A DNA stretch of 64,000 nucleotides from assembly GCA_963840855.1 (NCBI GenBank), contig CAWJBB010000072.1, positions 1 through 64,000 of the forward strand, read 5' to 3'. The notes under the pieces are model-generated. The model made no database searches. It was not told the origin of the DNA and worked only from the letters and a program-made list of their open reading frames with translations. Every line of letters begins with the position of its first letter. Within the stretch, counting starts at the first letter, position 1. Positions 31,025 to 39,888 of the stretch are shown piece after piece. Both the position numbers and the translations under genes were made by a program. Origin of the DNA: an uncultured delta proteobacterium (lineage in GTDB: Bacteria > Desulfobacterota > Binatia > UBA9968).

Positions 31025-32952
31025 GTTCTATGTGTGCCATAAGGCATACATGCTTGTCAAGTAAAAAATGAAACTAAGAAGTAAAAAATTCTTGATTTAG
31101 CAGTGAGTTGCGAGTTTTGCGACAGAAACTATCTAGGATTTTTTTATGATAGTGAGGACGTTCCCGGTGCGCGCGAACGACTGGTCAAGGTGACGAATGA
31201 AGAAATCGCAGATGCTCTTATTGAAGGATTCATCCGTTACGCGGAGAAGCCGACCATCCCGAAAAAAGAAGAAGTAATTGAGAGCTGGCGAGCAAACAGC
31301 ATACCTTACACCCACACTTTATTGAGTTTATCGGTGTTCTTGCGACTTAACGCAGGCCGGACCGTGCCTAAGGAAGCGCTTCCGCATTGCATCGTAGCAG
31401 CGGTTACTGCCAGTAATGCGGATGACAGAGTGCCTGGTTATAATGAGAGGCTGTCAGCATGGGTGCTTCAGGAAGCAAGTCAAAGTCCAGCACTCGTGAG
31501 ATCGGTTCTAAAGGAAGTATGGTATTCTACCGCGACGACGAAAATGGGATTTCTACCGGGATACTATGAGTTGAGGGACAACCCTGGCTCGCAACAATTT
31601 CTTGCTTCTCTGTCAGCCGATGTTCTCAAGGCGGGAATTAATGACGATCACGATACAGTTGGCAGCCTCGTGTCCGTTCTCCTATTCAATGATCGCCAGG
31701 CAGCCCTGGAAATAGGAGAAGCTGAACTTACGCGAAATGAGTTGTCAGCACTGGTACGTGCAATCTGGATCACCGCCCTTTTCGTGATTGACCCGAGCAA
31801 GTATTTGGTGTCTTGGAAAACCCTCATATTAGGACCGGATGAGGTCCTTTGGGAATCCATTGATTTGATTGGAGATGGCCGGCCGGAAAAAGGGGAAGCT
31901 GTTATTCTCGCGGCGGTACAACGCGCAGAAATCGTCATGTTAGTGGGACAGCGATTTGCAAATATAGCGCATCCGATCGGCAGCTCAGACGGTAGCCGAA
32001 ATCCTTGGGACGCGGCGGAATTTGTCGCCAATCAGATCAAGCTGTTAGCCACTGATAGTTCACCGGACACTGATGCCCAGCTTGAACGGTTGGAGAACGA
32101 CAACGGCTTGGCAAGCTACCGCGACTTAATCAGACATCTACGGGCGCAACACCAAAAGCAGCAGCGTGAATCTAGCTTTACCTTTGCGTCGCCTGAGCAA
32201 GTAGCAGAAGCCATTTTAAATCGCGCTCCTTCCACCCCAAATGACCTGTTGGCGTACATTGTTGATCACCTTAGTGCTCTGTCACGCGAAGTGGCGGGAA
32301 CACAAACAGAAAGATACCGTGCTTACTGGAATGAGAGTGGGCGCGATCTCGACCACCCGAAACATGAAGAAGTTTGCTCGGGATTATTAGCAGACGATTT
32401 GCAGAACCGAGTGAAGGCTCAAAACCTTATCGTAACGGTTGAACATCACATGGTTGCAGACAAGGAATGCGATCTGGTGGTGTTACAGGGAACCCAGCGA
32501 CTTTTGCCGATAGAGGTCAAGCACCACTACCATGCCGAGCTTTGGACCGCGTGGCGTACCCAACTTGACCGATTATACACACGAGATGCGAAGGCAGGTG
32601 GACTCGGTATCTATCTCGTTTTATGGTCGGGTGAGGCAAAGGACCGTATGATGCCGAAGCTTCCAGACGGCTTCCAACGTCCAACTAGTGCTGCAGAGGT
32701 TAAGAGCGCACTTGAGTCGGTCATACCGGGAACAGAGCGGCACCGGATTCGCGTCATTGTCGTGGATCTTTCGGCGCCTTGATACCTGCCACCTTCGTTC
32801 GAGCTGGCAAGTGGAAAAAACAGCGACTGGCAGTCAGCGTGAATTTCCGCGAAGGGCCATCGACGATAGCTCGACGAACGACCCGCTTGAGCGATAGTAT
32901 CGGGGCCGCAATCGGCATCGCGTCTTGAATTTCGATGTTCCATACAGGAGTC

Positions 32953-33230
32953 AAAAAAGAGGTCAAGTCCGCTATTAGCTCTTAACCCTGTCGTGCAGGG
33001 GCGACAAGGCGGTTTTTTGTGGCGCATTCATTGCGCATCGAATTCCCGGTGGGTTACTATCATTTCATGAACCATAGCCATTCCCGCAGGAATATTTTCT
33101 TTGACAAAAAAAGTCGCTACGGTTTTTCGACTCGCGTTCCGACAATTCGCGGCTACGGAAGATGGAGATTTACGCTCCGGAAAGACGACGAAGAGCCTAA
33201 TAAGCTAACAGCGGACTTGACCCTTTTTTC
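32953..33230 (+). mobile_element. Deleted RAYT (Y1 HUH transposase) relic between ~28-bp inverted repeats
   Basis: aaaaaagaggtcaagtccgctattagct / agctaacagcggacttgacccttttttc; internal MAHSLRIEFPVGYYHFMN...RRNIF resembles RAYT N-termini. Confidence 0.65.
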
Positions 33231-33238
33231 AGCCATCA

Positions 33239-34429
33239 CTAGATCCTCATGATACGCGGTAGGTGATCGAACATTTCACCTCTATTCACCAGCCGGCCAG
33301 AGCCAACGACGTCGAAATGAACCATCTCGTTGTCCCGGAAGTCACGCAGAATTCCCGGCGGATCTTCACTGCGCAACACGGCTTGGATTGCCGATAACCA
33401 GAGCTTGCGCACCTGAATGACGCCGCGGTCCGAGAAGCCAAGATGTTCTGCCGTTCGATCCGCGATGCGGCCTTGGCTTATCTGCGCCGCAGCGTCTTGA
33501 CCGTTGACCGTCGTCATGTCGAATTTCACGCGCGTGCCGCGCATCAGCGGTGGAGGTTTCGGCGAGTTCCGCGCTGACCGAATCGTCGATTTGCCGTTTT
33601 TGAACGGATAGAACTTCAAAATAAACGAGTAGGTATTGTAGTCATCCACCGGCATACGCCAGGCAACGTCGGCAAAATAAGCGTTCGAGTCGCCCGGCAG
33701 CGAACCACCGTCATGGATGACCAGTATCGGCGGTGTGTAGGAAACTTCCCGATGCCATTCTTTGCCCGGTTCCGGTCCTTGGCGGCGCGCAACATAACTA
33801 GCGAATAGATCGTCGGCCAGCACTTCAAACTCGGGGCTCTCGGCACGTTCCGGATTCTGCCGTACGCCGTTGACGTCGCGGCCGTGTAGGATGGTCGCGT
33901 GCACCGGATCGAGACAGTTGTCGAGCTGGTTCATGAAATTGCATTCGCGCAGGTAACCATTCAGCGTGCGCTCGCCATCTTGGCGGACGAGAAAGTCGTA
34001 GCGCGGAAAGAGCGGCGCTTCGCCGGGGCCCATATAAGCCCAGACAATGCCGCCTTGCTCCCGGGTGGGGTAGGCTTTGAGCTTGATCTTATCGTTGAAA
34101 TTACTTCCCGCGGGCTCGCCCGGCTGTTCGATGCAGCGGCCATTCACGTCGAAAACCCAGCCATGATAGCAGCAGCGGATACCGCCGGCTTCGATCCAGC
34201 CGTATTCGAGCGACGTGCCGCGGTGCGGGCAGCTCGGTTCGGTCAAGCCGACGCGGCCAAACTGGTCGCGAAATAGCAGGAAGTCTTCCGCTAGCCGACG
34301 GACAATTTTGGGTTCAGCCGCTTTGATCTCATCAGAAAAACTCACCGGTAGCCAATATCTACGCAACGTTTCGCCCGCCGGCGTCCCGGGGCCGACGCGG
34401 GTCATCATGTCGTTTTCTCGTTGGTCCAT
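33239..34429 (-). CDS. Rieske non-heme iron oxygenase (phthalate 4,5-dioxygenase/VanA-like group)
   Basis: CPHRG...CCYHGW, DPVHATILH and EHLGFSDRGV. Confidence 0.9.
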   Translation of the reverse strand: MDQRENDMMTRVGPGTPAGETLRRYWLPVSFSDEIKAAEPKIVRRLAEDFLLFRDQFGRVGLTEPSCPHRGTSLEYGWIEAGGIRCCYHGWVFDVNGRCIEQPGEPAGSNFNDKIKLKAYPTREQGGIVWAYMGPGEAPLFPRYDFLVRQDGERTLNGYLRECNFMNQLDNCLDPVHATILHGRDVNGVRQNPERAESPEFEVLADDLFASYVARRQGPEPGKEWHREVSYTPPILVIHDGGSLPGDSNAYFADVAWRMPVDDYNTYSFILKFYPFKNGKSTIRSARNSPKPPPLMRGTRVKFDMTTVNGQDAAAQISQGRIADRTAEHLGFSDRGVIQVRKLWLSAIQAVLRSEDPPGILRDFRDNEMVHFDVVGSGRLVNRGEMFDHLPRIMRI

Positions 34430-34579
34430 CCATTGCCTCTCTAAGATTATACTTCCGCCTAGCCACGACCACTCAACTTGGGCCGCGCGCGTCTTCGCGC
34501 CGCCTAACTCAAAAGTTATTTTTCATTGTCGCCGATTCCCTGGCCAAGTATTTGTTGATTCGATTGGCAAATATTGCTG

Positions 34580-35995
34580 CTATTCCTCATTCTCCACAAG
34601 CTCAGATTTTAATATTTTTCCCGTGGGACCTTTGGGGAGCTCGGGTAAGATATGCACCCGCCGCGGATATTTGTAACGGGCGAGATGGTCTCGGCAGTAA
34701 TCGAGCAAATCCTCAGATGTGAGCTTCTCCATGCGCTTCAAACTTACAAAGGCTGCAACCTCTTCGCCGAGATCTACGTCTACAACGCCGACAACCGCAG
34801 CCTCAGCGACCGCCGGATGAGAAAGGAGAATGGCCTCGATCTCCTGTGGAAAGACCGAATAACCTCCGCGCAGGATACGCTCCCGCTTGCGGCCGACAAT
34901 CTGAACGTAACCCTCCGGCGAGACAATCGCGAGATCGCCGGTCTTGAACCAACCATCGGAGATGACGGCATCGGTTTCAGCAACGGCATCCCAGTAGCAG
35001 TCCATCATCGCCGGCGATTTGATCCAGAGTTCGCCGATCCCGTCGCGGCTCATTTCTTCGTCAACGATCGTCCGGATTTCTACGCCCGGGACTGCTCTGC
35101 CGACGGCTTCGGGAATGTCGTTTGGATCATTTGAGCGAAAGGATAACGGTCGGAACAGTTCCGTCATGCCGTAACCGCGCACGATTCTGGTGGCGGTTTT
35201 TTCGCTCCATTCCAGCGCCAACTCCCATGGACAGGGAGCTGCGCCGGCAACCGCCAGACGCAGGCTAGAGAAGTCGGTCTGAGCCAAGGCCGTCGAATTC
35301 AGCAGACGACGGAAAATCGTCGCGACGGCGGGAAGCACCGTCACACGATGTTTCTTTATCGCATGGAAAACAGCTTCCGGCGTGAAGCGTTCAAGGAGAA
35401 AGACCGTCGCCCCGGTGAGAAGCGGCGCCAAAAGACCGCCGTTGAGCCCCAGCGAGTGTGCCAACGGAACGGCAACCAGCACCGTATCATCGGCGGTAAG
35501 ACCCATGACCGGCTCCGCCCAGGAATGGTTGGCGAAGGTCAAGGCGTCGTGACTGAATACGGCGCCTTTAGGGCGGCCCGTACTGCCGGAAGTATAGAGA
35601 ATCAACGATGGCGCACTGACATCGCTCATCGTCTGCCAGGCGCCTTGATTCATTAACACTCGATCGACGCTAAATTTCGGCTTGAGATCCGCTTTGAACG
35701 CGGCCAACTCTTCGCCTTTGACTAACGGATTAACCGGCGCGGGCGTTGCTCCCAATTTAAGAATTGCCAGGAACGCGATGACGAATTCGACTCCGTTCGG
35801 CAGTAAGAGCGCGACGCGATCGCCCGCCACAACGCCTTGGGTTGAGAGATATCGGCTAAATCCCGCCGCCAAAGCGCCAAGCTCCGACCAGGTGAGCTGG
35901 CCATCGTCCCACAGCAGCGCCGTTTTGGCGCCGAGGCGGCGCACGTTGGCTTCGATGGCGCAAACAAAATTTTGTTGCACGGGGGCGTTCTTCAT
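34580..35995 (-). CDS. AMP-dependent acyl/aryl-CoA ligase
   Basis: YTSGSTGRPKG, GYGMTE, WFKTGD and LPKGPTGKILK. Confidence 0.9.
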   Translation of the reverse strand: MKNAPVQQNFVCAIEANVRRLGAKTALLWDDGQLTWSELGALAAGFSRYLSTQGVVAGDRVALLLPNGVEFVIAFLAILKLGATPAPVNPLVKGEELAAFKADLKPKFSVDRVLMNQGAWQTMSDVSAPSLILYTSGSTGRPKGAVFSHDALTFANHSWAEPVMGLTADDTVLVAVPLAHSLGLNGGLLAPLLTGATVFLLERFTPEAVFHAIKKHRVTVLPAVATIFRRLLNSTALAQTDFSSLRLAVAGAAPCPWELALEWSEKTATRIVRGYGMTELFRPLSFRSNDPNDIPEAVGRAVPGVEIRTIVDEEMSRDGIGELWIKSPAMMDCYWDAVAETDAVISDGWFKTGDLAIVSPEGYVQIVGRKRERILRGGYSVFPQEIEAILLSHPAVAEAAVVGVVDVDLGEEVAAFVSLKRMEKLTSEDLLDYCRDHLARYKYPRRVHILPELPKGPTGKILKSELVENEE

Positions 35996-36054
35996 TCCAT
36001 TAGCTCGGGTTTATCTGGTACAAAGTTCAACGCTCTATGTAGTTCCCCTCCGTC

Positions 36055-36086
36055 AACCTTGAACCTTAAACCTTGAACGTTGAACC
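36055..36086. repeat. Heptamer tandem repeat (aaccttg)n
   Basis: aaccttgaaccttaaaccttgaacgttgaacc. Confidence 0.6.
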
Positions 36087-36099
36087 GCGTCTTTCATGC

Positions 36100-37458
36100 C
36101 TACTTGCCGGTAAAATCTTTGAGGTTAATCCGCCGCCAAACTTCCGGCGGAACACGATGGCGCGGCGTGTAATCGGCGAGTGAAGGCTTGGCCGTCGCGT
36201 CGACTCCCCATTTTCCCGTGTTGCCATCTTCCTTAGTCGACGGGTCCAGATCCGAACCGCGGGCATTCGTAACGATCGTGATGTCGCGATCAGGCTGGCA
36301 GCGGGTCGCGATTGCCCAGTTTACCTGCCGATCATTGAAAATATCCACGTCGTCGTCGACCACCACGACGCGTTTCATGTAGAGATCGGCGCCAAGCACG
36401 GCCAAGATAGCATTTTTCGCCTGGCCGGAGATCCGTTGCTCGATGGACACGTAGCATGTAAACGGCGCCGGCACGCGCACGGCCTTCACCGTCGGCACCA
36501 TCGCCCGCACCGCTCGGTAAAGATTCGCTTCAATGGGGGTGGTGGAAAGCATCAAATGATCGAGATGTCCCACCGTGATGTCCTGGAAGATCGCGTCGCG
36601 CCGGTAGGTGATTGCGCGCACTTTCAGCACTTCGCGTTGGCGCTCGCCGAGACTGTAGCCGGTGAACTCGCCGAAAGGGCCCTCCGCCGTGCGCTCGTTC
36701 GCTAAAATTTCTCCTTCGAGGATCATCTCCGCGTGTGCTGGAACGAGGACGTCTGAAATTTCACACTTCACGAGCTCCAGTGGTTCTCTCAAGAGGCCAC
36801 CCATGATGGCGCGCTCGTCTTCGTCGATGGAGCCGATGGCGAGACAGCCCAGCGCGATAGCCGGATGAACTCCAATGGCAAAAGCCACGGGCAGCGGTTT
36901 CCCCTGCGCTTCGGCGGCGCGTTGGAACTCCCACAGATGTTTCGCCAAGGTGAGATGAATCGAAGTAGTATCGCGGCCCTTGATCATGAGCCGGTTGTAG
37001 GCGCAGTTCCAGGTGTCAGAGTTGGGGTCTTTCGCGAAGGATATGGCGGCGGTGATGTACGCTCCGGCGTCCTCTTGATGATGGAGAATCTGGGGCAGGT
37101 CATAGAGGTTGATCTGATCGCCGGTTCGAATCACTTCCTTCACCGGCGCCTTGGAGACAAGCTTCGGTGCAATCGGTTTTTCCATCGCCCGAAGATACGC
37201 TTTTTGCATTTCTTCCGACTTGGCATTGATCGCCATTGCTAAGCGAGAGCGCCCGGCATGAAGATTGGTCAGCACGGGAAACTTTGTGCCTTTTACTTTC
37301 TCGAAAAATAAAATAGGCCGCCGCTTCGCTTCCTGCTCGAGCTTCACAGTAATCGCGGTGATTTCAAAAGCCGGGTCGACTTCGCGGGAGACAAGCAGGA
37401 AGTCCTCCGGGTGATTTTGTTTGATCAAATCCAGATAGCTACGAAGGTCTTGAGCCAT
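36100..37458 (-). CDS. UbiD-family (de)carboxylase
   Basis: DLRSYL, EDAGAYIT, EGPFGEFTGY, VVVDDDVDIF and LDPS. Confidence 0.92.
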   Translation of the reverse strand: MAQDLRSYLDLIKQNHPEDFLLVSREVDPAFEITAITVKLEQEAKRRPILFFEKVKGTKFPVLTNLHAGRSRLAMAINAKSEEMQKAYLRAMEKPIAPKLVSKAPVKEVIRTGDQINLYDLPQILHHQEDAGAYITAAISFAKDPNSDTWNCAYNRLMIKGRDTTSIHLTLAKHLWEFQRAAEAQGKPLPVAFAIGVHPAIALGCLAIGSIDEDERAIMGGLLREPLELVKCEISDVLVPAHAEMILEGEILANERTAEGPFGEFTGYSLGERQREVLKVRAITYRRDAIFQDITVGHLDHLMLSTTPIEANLYRAVRAMVPTVKAVRVPAPFTCYVSIEQRISGQAKNAILAVLGADLYMKRVVVVDDDVDIFNDRQVNWAIATRCQPDRDITIVTNARGSDLDPSTKEDGNTGKWGVDATAKPSLADYTPRHRVPPEVWRRINLKDFTGK

Positions 37459-37510
37459 AAAGTATACCTTTGGAAAAGCCGGAAGCTCGTTTGGTATCTT
37501 CCGGTTATGT

Positions 37511-37890
37511 TCATGGAAGTTGGAGCTTCGCCCGGACTACGGTTCGCACGCTCTCGGCTGTTTTCATCGAGTCTTCTGCAGCCCGCCGGTCCGCCTGCGC
37601 ACCGGGGTATCGAGTGGCAATACCAAAAGTGCTGAGATGGGCCAGAGATTGTTTTTGTGAATGGAGCTCTGGGAGTAGTCCTCCGGTTGAGTTAAGCAGA
37701 ACCACGAGGTCATGAATCCTTCCGAAAACGATGTTGTGTTCCTCCAGAAAGCCTTCAGGTACTTCTCAGCGCACTGCTGGGCGAGAAAGCTGACCACATT
37801 CCAAACCGGGTTAGCTGTGCGCATCTCTCGTTGAGCTACCGCCCAATCACCCTCCGCCTTATCAATCCACTCCGTCGTTTCAGGCTTCAT
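37511..37890 (-). CDS. HEPN-domain toxin (frameshift near 37750)
   Basis: EWIDKAEGD, FLAQQCAEKYLKA and TRYPG. Confidence 0.8.
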
Positions 37891-38209
37891 GCAGGACAAT
37901 CCCCTTCGCCATTACCTCTGTGGCGAAGACCCCTTTACGCTCCAAAGATGCCTTCAATTCAGACGGCTTGAATACTAGGATGTCCAATGGAAACGGATGG
38001 TCAATGGCAGCGGAGATACGGGCTGCGGCGTGCAGAACCTGTTCGCTCGTCTCCATAACTACCAGTAAATCTACATCGCTATCCGGGGTCGGCTTCCCCT
38101 GAGCGTATGAACCAAACAGAATCACCTTCTGCGGCCGGAAGCGCTCCACAATCTGCTGCACAATCTCTCGGATATCTTGCAAAGTTACAGTATTTTTAAT
38201 CTCAGTCAT
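37880..38209 (-). CDS. Minimal nucleotidyltransferase (MNT) antitoxin
   Basis: VILFGSYAQG...DSDVDLLV; overlaps the HEPN start. Confidence 0.88.
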   Translation of the reverse strand: MTEIKNTVTLQDIREIVQQIVERFRPQKVILFGSYAQGKPTPDSDVDLLVVMETSEQVLHAAARISAAIDHPFPLDILVFKPSELKASLERKGVFATEVMAKGIVLHEA

Positions 38210-38383
38210 CGCTGAAATTCTCCGGAGCGCCTCTCTAATCTTGGCTTTTCTTCTTGCGTGCCATAATGGTTTTTCTCAGAACCGCGGCAATTCTAAGGGA
38301 GACGAAGTAATCTGACAAGGATTGCCCTTCTTCCGTTCCTCTTTCTGCCTCTTGCCTCACGCCTTTTGCCTCACGGCTCATGC

Positions 38384-39451
38384 CTAACGAATCACCCGAT
38401 CCGCCCGCGCCAGCACATTCGGTGGAATCGTCACGCCGATCTGTTTCGCCGCCTTCAGATTGATGAAAAACTCAAACTTCATCGGTTGCTCCACCGGGAT
38501 ATCGGCGGGCTTTGCCCCCTTCAAAATCTTGTCCACAAAGATAGCCGCTCGCCGGTACAGGTCGACAATGTTCACCGCGTAGCCGATCAGGCCGCCGGCT
38601 TCCGCGAACACCTCGCGCCCGATTGAGGGGAGCCGATGCTTTGCTGCAAGCTCCACGATCAGCTTTTGGTTGGCGTTAAGAAAATCGTCCTCAGGGAGCG
38701 CGACGGCATCAACGCGTTGTTTGGTCATTTTTGAAAAGGCATTCTTGAACTCGTCAGGTTCGCGCACTTCGAATCGTTGAAGCCCTATCTTGAGTAACTT
38801 CGCTGTCTGCTCCATTGCCGGAAGGTTCCGGTCGTTTATAGAATTGTCCGGATTGAAGAGGACACCGAGTCGCTGTATCCGCGGCAAGGCTTCCTTAAGC
38901 AGCTCAAGCCGTTTAGCACTGAGTTCCGGGCTAAAGTTGCTCGATCCGGTGATATTCCCTCCCGGCCGCGCCAGGCTGGCGACAAAACCGAAGGCAACTG
39001 GGTCCCCGCTGGTTACCATGACGACAGGAATCGTCGTGGTGGCATTTTTGGCCGCACGGATCCCCGGTGTCCCAGCGGTCAGGATGACGTCAACGTTGAG
39101 GCGAACCAGTTCCGCTGCCAACTCGGGTAGGCGATCGAACTTTCCCTCGGCCCAACGAGACTCGATGACGAGATTCTTGCCTTCCAGATAACCCAAGTCA
39201 CGCAGGCCTGCCCGCAGCGCTTCCATCCGGCCTGCGTTGCTGGCAGCGGAGGTGGGACCTAGGAAACCGATCCGAACAACCTTCGCCGGTTGCGCCTGAG
39301 CTAGAGCTCCACACATCGAGAACGCGAAACCGATGGCGAAGATCCTATCCCATCTTAGATTTCGGATACTTCGACGCAGCTCATTACAGGTTTTCGATTT
39401 CCGATTGTCGGAATGAAATCCAAAGATCCGAGCCAAAAAAATCTTAGTCAT
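38384..39451 (-). CDS. ABC substrate-binding protein (ABC_sub_bind family)
   Basis: GLRDLGYLEGKNL, SLARPGGNITG and PADIPVEQP; GGAG RBS before ATG 39451. Confidence 0.88.
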   Translation of the reverse strand: MTKIFLARIFGFHSDNRKSKTCNELRRSIRNLRWDRIFAIGFAFSMCGALAQAQPAKVVRIGFLGPTSAASNAGRMEALRAGLRDLGYLEGKNLVIESRWAEGKFDRLPELAAELVRLNVDVILTAGTPGIRAAKNATTTIPVVMVTSGDPVAFGFVASLARPGGNITGSSNFSPELSAKRLELLKEALPRIQRLGVLFNPDNSINDRNLPAMEQTAKLLKIGLQRFEVREPDEFKNAFSKMTKQRVDAVALPEDDFLNANQKLIVELAAKHRLPSIGREVFAEAGGLIGYAVNIVDLYRRAAIFVDKILKGAKPADIPVEQPMKFEFFINLKAAKQIGVTIPPNVLARADRVIR

Positions 39452-39516
39452 GCGTTTTCTCCGCAATCCAAAATCAGCAATCAAAAATCCAAAATCATTT
39501 TAGGTGACTCTGCTAT

Positions 39517-39666
39517 TCACTCGACTATTTTAGAACTCTCCTCGTCCAAAAACTGGTGGCTGCAATAGGGGCAGAGAAGTTTGATCTTCTTGTGCCGGAG
39601 CTCCTGCCAGTGGCAATAGAACTCGCCGCTGCATTGAGGGCAGGTCACCCAAAAGATTTTCGTCAC
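39517..39666 (-). CDS. 49-aa zinc-ribbon protein (below the ORF-track cutoff)
   Basis: GGAGG RBS, GTG start; MTKIFWVTCPQCSGEFYCHWQELRHKKIKLLCPYCSHQFLDEESSKIVE. Confidence 0.75.
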   Translation of the reverse strand: MTKIFWVTCPQCSGEFYCHWQELRHKKIKLLCPYCSHQFLDEESSKIVE

Positions 39667-39688
39667 GATTCTCGTCCTCCGATTTTTA

Positions 39689-39835
39689 TCGCGCCAAGAC
39701 GCTAAGCACGCAAAGGTAATGGTTTATCTGATTCCCCCTAAAGAGACTTTACTTGACGTCCTTTGCGCCTTTGCGCGAAAATACTCTTGCCCGACTCGGA
39801 ATTTTCTCCCGCTAAGACGCCAAGCTCGCAAAGGC
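39689..39835. repeat. REP-like palindromic cluster (cgccaagacgc / ttgcgcct family)
   Basis: Imperfect inverted arms related to 48810-49055. Confidence 0.6.
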
Positions 39836-39888
39836 CCCGCCGCCGCCCGCGCTTCTTGGCATTCTTCGCGCGCGTCCTCTATTTTTAG

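Larger units (their letters stand above)
29067..31132 (-). mobile_element. ISNCY/IS5-like insertion sequence with accessory ORF
   Basis: IRs tagtttatgtcgcgaaactcgcaa / ttgcgagttttgcgacagaaacta; CTAG duplicated at 29063-29066 and 31133-31136. Confidence 0.88.
25426..32782 (+). pseudogene. NACHT/STAND-like ATPase with C-terminal PD-(D/E)xK nuclease-like domain, split by two IS elements and frameshifts (~1300 aa reconstructed)
   Basis: LLGDPGMGKTT, LFLDALDE, RLSCR, HRTIAEFLAA; C-terminal CDLVV...PIEVK; frame restored at both sites when the IS plus one target copy is removed. Confidence 0.8.

Noticed and set aside
32783-32952. Second attC after the NACHT-like gene, which would make it a cassette
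   Set aside because: No RYYYAAC...GTTRRRY pair with L boxes found.
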